Of a stretch of DNA of 64,000 bases, positions 12,122 through 22,818 are shown piece by piece. The notes beneath the pieces are model-generated. The model did no database searches, was not told the DNA's origin, and saw only the letters and a list, made by a program, of their open reading frames with translations. Each line of letters begins with the position of its first letter. Position 1 is the stretch's first letter. The DNA is from Nemertoderma westbladi. Taxonomy: Eukaryota > Animalia > Xenacoelomorpha. The stretch is from assembly GCA_032718475.1 (NCBI GenBank), contig JAUCBJ010002656.1:8365-72364 (forward strand). Reading direction: 5' to 3'. The position numbers and the translations under genes are program-made.

Positions 12122-12345
12122 ATATTTATTTTTATTTATTTCGTTTATTTTCGTACACCAGCAAGCTGGGAACAACATGAAGTAATGAGAATCTATAGAG
12201 TGCACAATAATTGTACCGGTAAGTAAGTAACAGTAACAGTATAATACTTAAAGTAGAATTAAGTACAGTAGAAAATATACAAACAACCATACTTAAATAG
12301 AATAAGAATACAGCAGTATAATATAAACACACCATCGAAACTATA

Positions 12346-15300
12346 CTAATATGAAGCAACATAAGTTAACATATCACGTAATTCTTCTTCAGAGAAACCG
12401 TCAACAAAGTCTGGACCAGTTATGCACTTAATTATATCGCGACAGCAATTTACGCGCCATAACTGAGAATTATCAATATAAATATACTTCAACTTATTTA
12501 TATCATTAGCACATAATTTATGTAAGTAAGGTTGATCAAGTTCATTACATAATCTTCTAAGATTGAGACCACACTTACTTCTACAGTCAAACAATGTAAG
12601 ATATGATAGAAATCTAACGGGCAATTTACAAGATCTAATAATCGTTCTAGAAAAATTCAAAAAGCGCCTGCAGAGCATTACCCGTGGATGTGAAAAATGT
12701 ATTAAACGTTCAACTATAAACCTATGTGCAGTAAAGGGAAGACCCCAAATCATACATATATTATTATTCCATGCAGTAAATATCCTGGCGCATTCATGTG
12801 AAAACAAGTCCCATACCGGGCTGCCATAAAAACTAGTAGCATACATTCTCTGTATATTAGTCAAGCAATATGAGCCTGCAAAATAGAATTCTTGTCTCAA
12901 ATTTGCTAGTTTGCCTAAAAATGCACCACGTTTCATGAGTGTATCCGCAGCCAAATTGCACCTATAGTCCAGGACAATTCCCAAATGGGTTGCCTGTCGT
13001 ACCCATGGTAACGAAATTCCAGAAACAACAATATTTACCTGAGGAGGGCACCAATTAAAATTAAAGGGTATACATTTCGATTTACACTTTGATTGATTTA
13101 CATTAACACTCAGGCGAAGCTTAAATTCTGCACAAAACCTTTCACAAATGTCTATCATAAACTGTAAACCCGATACCGACGGACACAACAACAAAACGTC
13201 GTCGGCATAAGCCAAACAACCAAAGTAATGACTACCAATAAAACAACCTACATTCGAATCTTTTAATCGATTAATAAGAATGTTCAATATAACGCAAAAC
13301 AGAATCGGAGATATACACGACCCCTGTCTTACCCCATTGCCAATTGTAAATGCATCGGACTTATGCATATTCCATCGCACAAAACAAGTCTGATTACAGT
13401 AAATATATAACAGGCACCTTAAATATAAACTATTAATACCCTTTTTAATAAGTTCCAAGAATAATTTCTTCCATTCCACCAAGTCAAATGCCTTAGTGAA
13501 ATCCAGAAGACATGAATAAACTGGCGTTGACTGTCTTAAATAATTATTTATAACCTCAGTCGCTGTCCAAGAGCATAATACAGTGCTGGACAGCGGCTGA
13601 TACCCAAATTGCAAGTCATGCAAATCTAACTTACTACCCTGTGTAGTTAATATAACTAACTCGAATATCTTTAAAACCAATGACGCTATAGCAATTGCAC
13701 GATAATTACTGGAAGACGCAATATTTCCCAACTTATTCTTTATAATTGGAATTAATGCAATAGACAATAAACATTTAGGTATCACACCATGAGTTAAAAA
13801 TATATTAAATAACTTTGCTATATGTTCGAAGAACACATCGCCACCATTAATTAATGAATCCGAATCGAAACTATAAAATACGTAACTTTTCGAACTTTTT
13901 AGCTTTTGCATTGCATCCTTAACATCGTCAACAGTTACTGCCGTACTAGTTATCAAATCATTATCACGAATAATATTATTCAGATCATTAAGCAAACTGT
14001 CATATTCAACCTCACTACTTTGATTATACAATTCTTTGTAAATCCGAGAAAAATTATCGGCTATATGCTGAGCCTCGGTTTCACCGTCTACAGCACTACT
14101 TTGTACATTACTGCACCCACGTAAATTACGAATCTCGTCAAAAATTCTAGAATTACCAGAGATAGCAGCCTCTAAAAGTTTCTCCCTTTTTATTTTATCC
14201 GTCATTTTCTTCAACCTGCGCACCGCATATTTATATTGAGCACGTGAGCGTTGGCGTAGATGAAACAAATTGCCCTGTGAGGCATTTGGCCTCCCCGCCG
14301 AGACCCAGAGTCCATGATAAAAAGTTGCATCTGTTTTATATTGTTTTACATGAGTATTCCACCCAGGCATAATTTCTCCCTGTGTAGCATCGCTATTGAC
14401 CGATCCTCCGCTCTGAGGTAAACACTCGGCCGCTATCTCGATAGAATCAAGCACATTTAACATATATTGCTCAATTAACATTATATGCTCAATAGATGAA
14501 CAAAAAGCATTACTACAACCAACGACACAAGATGGCACTGTTAAACCATTTAACCTGTCATCAAGTCTACGCTGAAATTCATGTTTCTGGTCATCTGATG
14601 CTTTACTATAGTTAGACCTATTAGGTCTAACTTCATCTTGTACTGTGTAGTCTAAATCATCTACTTCAACTTTAAAATATATTGGGCTATGGTTGGACAA
14701 ATTATTACCTTGATGCAAAACATCTGCATTGAAATTGCAATTAAATAGTGATTCACTGACAACAAAATGATCAATAGTCGACTTAAAGGCTACATCATTT
14801 ACAGTATGTACATATGTATAATCAATGGGGATCGTGTCCCAAATAACATATAACGAATGACTATCTATAAATTCACGCACTTTACGAACATGCATAGTCG
14901 AACGAATAAAATCGGCATTGAAATCGCCACACCATAAAATATTTGAACAATTTGTTTGCGAAATTACTGTAGCAACATCATTGAGAATGGACAATAAATC
15001 ATCATTGACAGTGGACATCGAACGATCATCCACCGGAAAATAGCTATTAAAAATAACCATTTTCTTTCCTGGTAAATTTAACTCCAGTGCCTGTAAGCGG
15101 TTATTATTTCTATCCAATTTCACAATATTAATGTATTTCTCAATTGATTTATGCCATAAAATACATAATCCACCAGAAGGTCTACCCTGATGAACAACAT
15201 TTATATCATTATAGTGAGCTGGTACAAAAGCAGAACCGCAATTAGGAAAATGATAATTGAATCTGTGAGCACTATGTTCTAAGAAAAAATGTTCTTGCAA

Positions 15301-15420
15301 ACACACAATATTTGAACTAAATATGACATCACTTAGTACATCAATTTTATCTGCACTAAACCTGGTCGAATTATATGAAGTTATAGTAAGTTTAGAACCT
15401 ACAGCAGTAAGTCCTGCCAT
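12346..15420 (-). CDS. LINE ORF2: AP endonuclease plus reverse transcriptase, 1024 aa, intact
   Basis: APE motifs CLQEH, GRPSGG, WCGDFNAD, STIDHF, SNHSPI; RT motifs NYRAIAI, LQFGY, LLDFTKAFD, GVRQGSCISP, LAYADD. Confidence 0.95.
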   Translation of the reverse strand: MAGLTAVGSKLTITSYNSTRFSADKIDVLSDVIFSSNIVCLQEHFFLEHSAHRFNYHFPNCGSAFVPAHYNDINVVHQGRPSGGLCILWHKSIEKYINIVKLDRNNNRLQALELNLPGKKMVIFNSYFPVDDRSMSTVNDDLLSILNDVATVISQTNCSNILWCGDFNADFIRSTMHVRKVREFIDSHSLYVIWDTIPIDYTYVHTVNDVAFKSTIDHFVVSESLFNCNFNADVLHQGNNLSNHSPIYFKVEVDDLDYTVQDEVRPNRSNYSKASDDQKHEFQRRLDDRLNGLTVPSCVVGCSNAFCSSIEHIMLIEQYMLNVLDSIEIAAECLPQSGGSVNSDATQGEIMPGWNTHVKQYKTDATFYHGLWVSAGRPNASQGNLFHLRQRSRAQYKYAVRRLKKMTDKIKREKLLEAAISGNSRIFDEIRNLRGCSNVQSSAVDGETEAQHIADNFSRIYKELYNQSSEVEYDSLLNDLNNIIRDNDLITSTAVTVDDVKDAMQKLKSSKSYVFYSFDSDSLINGGDVFFEHIAKLFNIFLTHGVIPKCLLSIALIPIIKNKLGNIASSSNYRAIAIASLVLKIFELVILTTQGSKLDLHDLQFGYQPLSSTVLCSWTATEVINNYLRQSTPVYSCLLDFTKAFDLVEWKKLFLELIKKGINSLYLRCLLYIYCNQTCFVRWNMHKSDAFTIGNGVRQGSCISPILFCVILNILINRLKDSNVGCFIGSHYFGCLAYADDVLLLCPSVSGLQFMIDICERFCAEFKLRLSVNVNQSKCKSKCIPFNFNWCPPQVNIVVSGISLPWVRQATHLGIVLDYRCNLAADTLMKRGAFLGKLANLRQEFYFAGSYCLTNIQRMYATSFYGSPVWDLFSHECARIFTAWNNNICMIWGLPFTAHRFIVERLIHFSHPRVMLCRRFLNFSRTIIRSCKLPVRFLSYLTLFDCRSKCGLNLRRLCNELDQPYLHKLCANDINKLKYIYIDNSQLWRVNCCRDIIKCITGPDFVDGFSEEELRDMLTYVASY

Positions 15421-15473
15421 TGGTAAGTTTTTGAGTTCTGGAACATTACTGACTTATCAGTCCTAAGTCTCGT

Positions 15474-16508
15474 TAAGAATGTGACGAAGCTTCCCTCCGC
15501 GACTGTGAGAAGTCCTCTCGACGTGGCTGGAATTGTCTATGGCTAGCTGTGAACCATTCTCGGACATATACACGGGGCGCCTTGGGTTCCTACCACCACA
15601 TTTGCTCTCTGTTTACCATCATTACGTTTATATCGCCTATTGGTAACTAATTGGTAGCCTTCTTCATCCATCCCAGGCGGAGTTGATTGCCGATATCGCT
15701 TCACACTGCCTCTAGTACTATTTGGAGTACCTGTTGGAGTAGCTCCCCATTCTTCTCGCTGTGATCGCGGATTATTTACTCTACTTGTTCCAGTGGAGCT
15801 GGCTACAGTGGTTAGTACCGATGAATACGGCGGATGTACGGCGGGCCCGGCCATTCCACTTCTCAAAGTCTGCGGAGGGTAACTTAACATGCTGGAAGAT
15901 TGACCTACTCTCTCAGTCTGTACCGGTAGGTTGTGGCCAGGTGTAGGTTGTACCGGTACTGGTTGACCTACATTCTTCTGTATTTGCTTCAGCAGCCTAC
16001 CTTCCAATCCCTTTATTTCATCTTTTACTAAATTCTCCAATTTCTGAATACTATCGTTTACTAATGACATGCCGGTTCGATTGTCAGCGATTGCGATATC
16101 AACATCCATGTCTGCTTCTTTGATAACTGGTAGAGACAGTGCGTCGAGTGCAGCTATAGCGATAGTGGGTAATAGTCCGCCGTGGTCTAGTTCTCTCAGT
16201 TTGTCCAGAATGTCCTTTACATTTGCAGTACTAGCTAACCGTTCATGAGTATCTCTCCTATTGACTACCTCTAAGTCGAACTTTTCGAACAGAAGTACCT
16301 TGGCCACGAAAATTTCCTCTGGTGTAAATCTCGTTAGAATGATACGAACTACCCGATCCATTGTGCTCGAAGACATACCTTGCATAATCAGAGTTAGACA
16401 TGCATTTACAATTACTATATTCCCATTACTACTACTATTTCCAGTCTGATTGGCAGTAACAGCGCCGGTACCGGTAGTACCGGTATTAGCTACACTTCCT
16501 TCAGTCAT
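15474..16508 (-). pseudogene. LINE ORF1 copy A with internal deletion of the RRM-like segment
   Basis: Near-identical to copy B up to VVVGT, then jumps out of frame into the ORF1 C-terminal motif PRVYVREWF...SHS*. Confidence 0.75.
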
Positions 16509-18506
16509 GTCAGTGTGTTTTCAGCAGATAGGCCTGACTTGATGCCAAACACACATACACATTAACAAACGTTTCCATAAGTTCTGGCTCCTCATAAATA
16601 CTACCCGAGCCATCCTCACTCTCTGATAGTCCCAACTGCGCCAGTTCTAGTCAGCGCTTCTGCTTGGCCTGATATTGCATAAGCCCCCTTAGCCGGGCAT
16701 GCATATCATCCCGCATACGCTTTCCCGCTCTCTCTCTCTCTCTCTCTATCCTCTCGTAAACTTTGGTCGGCCAACTCTGCCTCTCTCGTCTCCCGCTCTC
16801 TACGCTCATTCTCTACTCTCGTCTCCCGCTCTCTACGCTCATTCTCTACTCTCGTCTCCCGCTCTTTACGCTCATTCTCTATTTTTGTGTCCCGTTCCTA
16901 GCGCTCCCTACAGTTTCTCGCCACCCTCTCGGCTCTCTCTCTACATTCCCTGGCTAACTCTCTCTCTCTTTCTAATAATGCAGTTCCCTCATCCAACTGC
17001 CTCTCTAATTCTTTCTGGTCTAGCGCCGCAATGTCTAGTTGACACGCCAGATCTATCTCTAACACCCTTCTTGCTTTCGTGGAGGATGTAGTGGACTTAT
17101 TGGGCACGACGGACTCCCATCACCTCTCTGTTCTACTAACTTTCCCCCGCTTTCTTGGGTACTCGCTAATCGACGAGACCGAATCCTCGGAGTTAACCTC
17201 GGGTTCGACCTCGTGCGGATCTGCCCAACCCACTAACTTAATTCCCCTAGCATCCACTAAATACGGCCCTACGTACACTATTTCAGGCTCCATAACCACG
17301 GATCGGCACAGTTTGAATAGTTCGGTGGTGACCCCCCTCACTCTCTCACTCGCCAGTTCTCCCTGCCCAAAACGAACTTGATGCTGAAAATGTTTATTCG
17401 ACTCACCTAGCCGCTGGCTCAACTTTCCCTGGTTTACCTTCTCTCCCTCTTTGGCCTCCTTTAACAGTTTCTTAGTAACGTTGTAGGCCCATTGAAGCCG
17501 ATCGCTGGTCCCGACGTCCTCTTTGCCGACATCTCCTCCTCCTCTCCTGGTTCGGCGTCGTACCGGCGGCCCCACCGTCGCCATTCCGGTGGGCCATCCG
17601 CCGCCCTCGGCCTGTGGCTGGCCGGCGACTTCGGTACTCCGACCGCCATCATGCGTCGACTCGTACCTTCCTCGTGGTAGACGGCCGCCCTCCGCTTAGG
17701 CTACCGGATCATCCCTCGTCGGCGAATCTGGCGTAACTGGCCGATACCATCTCGTCGTGGCCTTGCGGATCATTTGGTTGGTGTCGTCCGGGGTCCGCGG
17801 CGGCGTTCTCTCTCCCTCTAATAATCGGGGTTCTCCTGTGCTCATCTTTGCTGGCGTCTGGCAGTCACAGTTCAGTTCAGTTGGGAATCCTTCACTGTGA
17901 CGGGATCAAGGGATCCCGACCAGATAAATCAACTACGCATCACCGTTTTGTCTTAGGGGTGGTGCTGGCAGCTTGGCCGAGGCCGATGTGGGAAAAAAAA
18001 CAATCGGAGTTCGATGTTGTCTCTTGATGTTGTCTGATAATAATAGGCCTAATAATAATAGCACGGTAGAGTAGTGAATAATCAAACCGGTATGTTAGTA
18101 GAATATTGGTGACGTTGAGGAATGTTGCTGGTTTGCACTAGAAACCAATAACTGAGTAACTGGACCGGTAATGGCATAATATATGTATAATTAATTCTAT
18201 ACTAATGTGGCCTTTCACCTAGTGGATGCTCTCCCTCGCCCCTATTGGCTAATAATCTACTTCACGCCTCTCCCCTCTCTGGGCGTGTTTCCCCCCCTGT
18301 TGGCCCCTGCTGGTTGTTTCCCCTTCCGAAGTGATTTGACCTCTAACCTCCCTTTGTGTGGCTTTGGGGTTTGTGTTGTCCCCAGTGTTGGTTGTGATAC
18401 GAGAATAGTTATTGCTAATCTCGTATCTCCAACATATTGCTGAAAAGGTGCCACTTCCCATTTTATGAGTGTAATGCGGCGGAATTGAATCCGCTTACAA
18501 TTTTTT
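15576..18506. repeat. ~2.93-kb direct duplication, copy A
   Basis: Near-identical to 18706-21637 with an offset of about 3130 and only scattered substitutions. Confidence 0.95.
16570..18499 (-). mobile_element. Putative LTR plus degenerate gag-like N-terminus (copy A)
   Basis: Starts TGTAAGCGG on the minus strand; CCAAT-containing non-coding leader; then stop-interrupted frame MATVGPP...STTSSTKARRVLEIDL...ERERE coiled coil, cut by the LINE 5' end. Confidence 0.5.
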
Positions 18507-19638
18507 CAAGCTGAGTGGTCGCCACTGTTACTTTGAAACTAGCCATTTCGGCTTCTTTGTGCGATTTCTTCTCCACCTTCCTCGCCTTCACATTTACTGC
18601 AGCCAAACATGACTCGATATCGGCTATTGTCGTGTCTGCATCACATCAATTTACAAATAACTGACTCGGGGCTGCTCGTAAAGTCACATTTGAGTTTGAT
18701 TGGTCCGCGCCTCGGGTTCCTACCACCACATTTGCTCTCTGTTTACCATCATTACGTTTATATCGCCTATTGGTAACTAATTGGTAGCCTTCTTCATCCA
18801 TCCCAGACGGAGTTGATTGCCGATATCGCTTCACACTGCCTCTAGTACTATTTGGAGTACCTGTTGGAGTAGCTCCCCATTCTTCTCGCTGTGATCGCGG
18901 ATTATTTACTCTACTTGTTCCAGTGGAGCTGGCTACAGTGGTTAGTACCGATGAATACGGCGGACGTACGGCGGGCCCGGCCATTCCACTTCTCAAAGTC
19001 TGCGGAGGGTAACTTAACATGCTGGAAGATTGACCTACTCTCTCAGTCTGTACCGGTAGGTTGTGGCCAGGTGTAGGTTGTACCGGTACTGGTTGACCTA
19101 CATTCTTCTGTATTTGCTTCAGCAGCCTACCTTCCAATCCCTTTATTTCATCTTTTACTAAATTCTCCAATTTCTGAATACTATCGTTTACTAATGACAT
19201 GCCGGTTCGATTGTCAGCGATTGCGATATCAACATCCATGTCTGCTTCTTTGATAACTGGTAGAGACAGTGCGTCGAGTGCAGCTATAGCGATAGTGGGT
19301 AATAGTCCGCCGTGGTCTAGTTCTCTCAGTTTGTCCAGAATGTCCTTTACATTTGCAGTACTAGCTAACCGTTCATGAGTATCTCTCCTATTGACTACCT
19401 CTAAGTCGAACTTTTCGAACAGTAGTACCTTGGCCGCGAAAATTTCCTCTGGTGTAAATCTCGTTAGAATGATACGAACTACCCGATCCATTGTGCTCGA
19501 AGACATACCTTGCATAATCAGAGTTAGACATGCATTTACAATTACTATATTCCCATTACTACTACTATTTCCAGTCTGATTGGCAGTAACAGCGCCGGTA
19601 CCGGTAGTACTGGTATCAGCTACACTTCCTTCAGTCAT
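18500..19638 (-). pseudogene. LINE ORF1 copy B, retaining the RRM-like segment behind a premature stop and truncated at the duplication junction
   Basis: After QLFVN* the frame continues CDADTTIADIESCL...EMASFKVTVATTQLEKI. Confidence 0.8.
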
Positions 19639-21637
19639 GTCAGTGTGTTTTCAGCAGATAGGCCTGACTTGATGCCAAACACACATACACATTAACAAAC
19701 GTTTCCATAAGTTCTGGCTCCTCATAAATACTACCCGAGCCATCCTCACTCTCTGATAGTCCCAACTGCGCCAGTTCTAGTCAGCGCTTCTGCTTGGCCT
19801 GATATTGCATAAGCCCCCTTAGCCGGGCATGCATATCATCCCGCATACGCTTTCCCGCTCTCTCTCTCTCTCTCTCTATCCTCTCGTAAACTTTGGTCGG
19901 CCAACTCTGCCTCTCTCGTCTCCCGCTCTCTACGCTCATTCTCTACTCTCGTCTCCCGCTCTCTACGCTCGTTCTCTACTCTCGTTCTCCCGCTCTTTGC
20001 GCTCATTCTCTATTTTTGTGTCCCGTTCCTAGCGCTCCCTACAGTTTCTCGCCACCCTCTCGGCTCTCTCTCTACATTCCCTGGCTAACTCTCTCTCTCT
20101 TTCTAATAACGCAGTTCCCTCATCCAACTGCCTCTCTAATTCTTTCTGGTCTAGCGCCGCAATGTCTAGTTGACACGCCAGATCTATCTCTAACACCCTT
20201 CTTGCTTTCGTGGAGGATGTAGTGGACTTATCGGGCACGACGGACTCCCATCGCCTCTCTGTTTTACTAACTTTCCCCCGCTTTCTTGGGTTCTCGCTAA
20301 TCGACGAGACCGAATCCTCGGAGTTAACCTCGGGTTCGACCTCGTGCGGATCTGCCCAACCCACTAACTTAATTCCCCTAGCATCCACTAAATACGGCCC
20401 TACGTACACTATTTCAGGCTCCATAACCACGGATCGCCACAGTTTGAATAGTTCGGTGGTGACCCCCCTCGCTCTCTCACTCGCCAGTTCTCCCTGCCCA
20501 AAACGAACTAGATGCTGAAAATGTGTATTCGACTCACCTAGCCGCTGGCTCAACTTTCCCTGATTTACCTTCTCTCCCTCTTTGGCCTCCTTTAACAGTT
20601 TCTTAGTAACGTTGTAGGCCCGTTGAAGCCGATCGCTGGTCCCGACGTCCTCTTTGCCGACATCTCCTCTTCCTCTCCTGGTTCGGCGTCATACCGGCGG
20701 CCCCACCGTCGCCATTCCGGTGGGACATCCGTCGCCCTCGGCCTGTGGCTGGCCGGCGACTTCGGTACTCCGACCGCCATCATGCGTCGACTCGTACCTT
20801 CCTCGTGGTAGACGGCCACCCTCCGCTTAGGCTACCGAATCATCCCTCGTCGGCGAATCTGGTGTCACTGGCCGATACCGTCTCGTCGCGGCCTTGCGGA
20901 TCGATTGGTTGGTGTCGTCCGGGGTCCGCGGCGGCATTCTCTCTCCCTCTAATAATCGGGGTTCTCCTGTGCTCATCTTTGCTGGCGTCTGGCAGTCACA
21001 GTTCAGTTCAGTTGGGAATCCTTCACTGTGACGGGATCAAGGGATCCCGACCAGATAAATCAACTCCCCATCACCGTTTTGTCTTAGGGGTGGTGCTGGC
21101 AGCTTGACCGAGGCCGATGTGGGAAAAAAAACAATCGGAGTTCGATGTTGTCTCTTGATGTTGTCTGATAATAATAGGCCTAATAATAATAGCACGGTAG
21201 AGTAGTGAATAATCAAACCGGTATGTTAGTAGAATATTGGTGACGTTGAGGAATGTTGCCGGTCTGCACTAGAAACCAATAACTGAGTAACTGGACCGGT
21301 AATGGCATAATATATGTATAATTAATTCTATACTACTGTGGCCTTTCACCTAGTGGATGCTCTCCCTCGCCCCTATTGGCTAATAATCTACTTCACGCCT
21401 CTCCCCTCTCTGGGCGTGTTTCCCCCCCTGTTGGCCCCTGTTGGTTGTTTCCCCTTCCGAGGTGATTTGACCTCTAACCTCCCTTTGTGTGGCTTTGGGG
21501 TTTGTGTTGTCCCCAGTGTTGGTTGTGATACGAGAATAGTTATTGCTAATCTCGTATCTCCAACATATTGCTGAAAAGGTGCCACTTCCCACTTTATGAG
21601 TGTAATGCGGCGGAATTGAATCCGCTTACAATTTTTT
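18706..21637. repeat. ~2.93-kb direct duplication, copy B
   Basis: Near-identical to 15576-18506. Confidence 0.95.
19700..21630 (-). mobile_element. Putative LTR plus degenerate gag-like N-terminus (copy B)
   Basis: Same as copy A; ORF 20029-20553 reads through one stop present in copy A. Confidence 0.5.
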
Positions 21638-21649
21638 AATCAATCAATC

Positions 21650-21814
21650 ATTTGAAAAAGGAGCACTCTTTGTTACTAATTTCAATTGAGCGAAATTCAG
21701 CTATTTTTTCACTCATGTATCACTCATGTCACTCAGTATTTTATTCATGACAGAATAGCTGAATTTCGCTCAATTGAACTTAGTAACAAAGAATGCTCCT
21801 TTTTCAAATACTGT
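21650..21814. mobile_element. Small MITE-like palindrome with ~55-bp inverted arms
   Basis: ATTTGAAAAAGGAGCACTCTTTGTTACTAA..GAGCGAAATTCAGCTATT pairs with AATAGCTGAATTTCGCTC..TTAGTAACAAAGAATGCTCCTTTTTCAAAT. Confidence 0.7.
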
Positions 21815-21980
21815 TTATCGAATAAGATTATTATTATTTATTATATTAAAATTATTATAAATATTATAACTTGATAAATTATTTTATACATTATGTTTAT
21901 TGTAAGGTATTGCTTTTTATTTGAGCAACAAAATTATTTTCTCGCGCGGAATTATACCAGTAGTACTTATTATTTTTTAG

Positions 21981-22094
21981 CTGACCCATGCCATAACAAT
22001 GACTGCGGTGGACACGGAAGCTGTAGCAGTGTCGATGGGGCAGCTCAATGTCAATATGACAAAGGCTATGATTCCAATGGAGGTGCTTGTGTTG
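21981..22094 (+). CDS. EGF-like domain exon (phase 1-1) of an extracellular modular protein
   Basis: tttttag|...|gtgagt, 114 bp; DPCHNNDCGGHGSCSSVDGAAQCQYDKGYDSNGGACV (fifth Cys replaced by Tyr). Confidence 0.8.
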
Positions 22095-22561
22095 GTGAGT
22101 ACATAAATGTAACTGAAAAATTCGCTTTCTTGCACCCAAATTAAATATTTTTATCTATCATGACTAATTTTAGTAACGATAATCAGATTTCTAATACTTT
22201 AATCGATTATTTCACCGAGCCTTCGCCCCTTAGTATTCCCCAACGAGTCGTCGCGTACGAAAACATCATAAGTTAACCCTTCCCAACCAGGATCCCGTCA
22301 CAATTTTTGATAATGGTCACCCAAAAAATTTATTCACATTGACTGTGGCCATTTACATTTTCTTGAGTGCTGTCGCCATTTTTAGGTGTTGTCACAAGTT
22401 CCACCTATCACGTGGAAGTTACGGTAGGTTTGTTTTAATACTATATTTGAATGATAATGGGGTATTACATTATAAAACATCTGTGATCGGATATATAAAA
22501 CTGCTCACAACATGGTAAATAATGAATTTTGGAAGCCTATAAATTTTATTATTTGTTACAG

Positions 22562-22765
22562 TCATTTGTAAAACAGAGGGCGGAAAGGATTGCGTATTTC
22601 CATTCAAAGCTGACACGGTTGATACAAATGATTACAATGAATGTCTTCATGAACCTGTAGCAGACAAATATTGGTGTGCTCTTACCGTAACTGGCGCTGC
22701 GAGTGGGGCATACACTGGAGTCGCGGATGCAGATAACTGGGGATACTGTGAGACAGGATGCCCAG
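22562..22765 (+). CDS. Fibronectin type II-like domain exon (phase 1-1), not in the ORF track
   Basis: ttacag|...|gtaaat, 204 bp; ICKTEGGKDCVFPFKADTVDTNDYNECLHEPVADKYWCALTVTGAASGAYTGVADADNWGYCETGCP; splices in frame to the EGF exon. Confidence 0.85.
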
Positions 22766-22818
22766 GTAAATAGGTAATTTTATATATACTGTACAGTTGT
22801 AGCTGCACATAATAAACC

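Larger units (their letters stand above)
12122..16570 (-). mobile_element. Two-ORF non-LTR retrotransposon (probably Proto2/RTEX-like; clade not certain)
   Basis: ORF1, ORF2, short 3' UTR and AATAAA/TAAA-type tail at 12122-12152; 5' boundary approximate. Confidence 0.85.
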
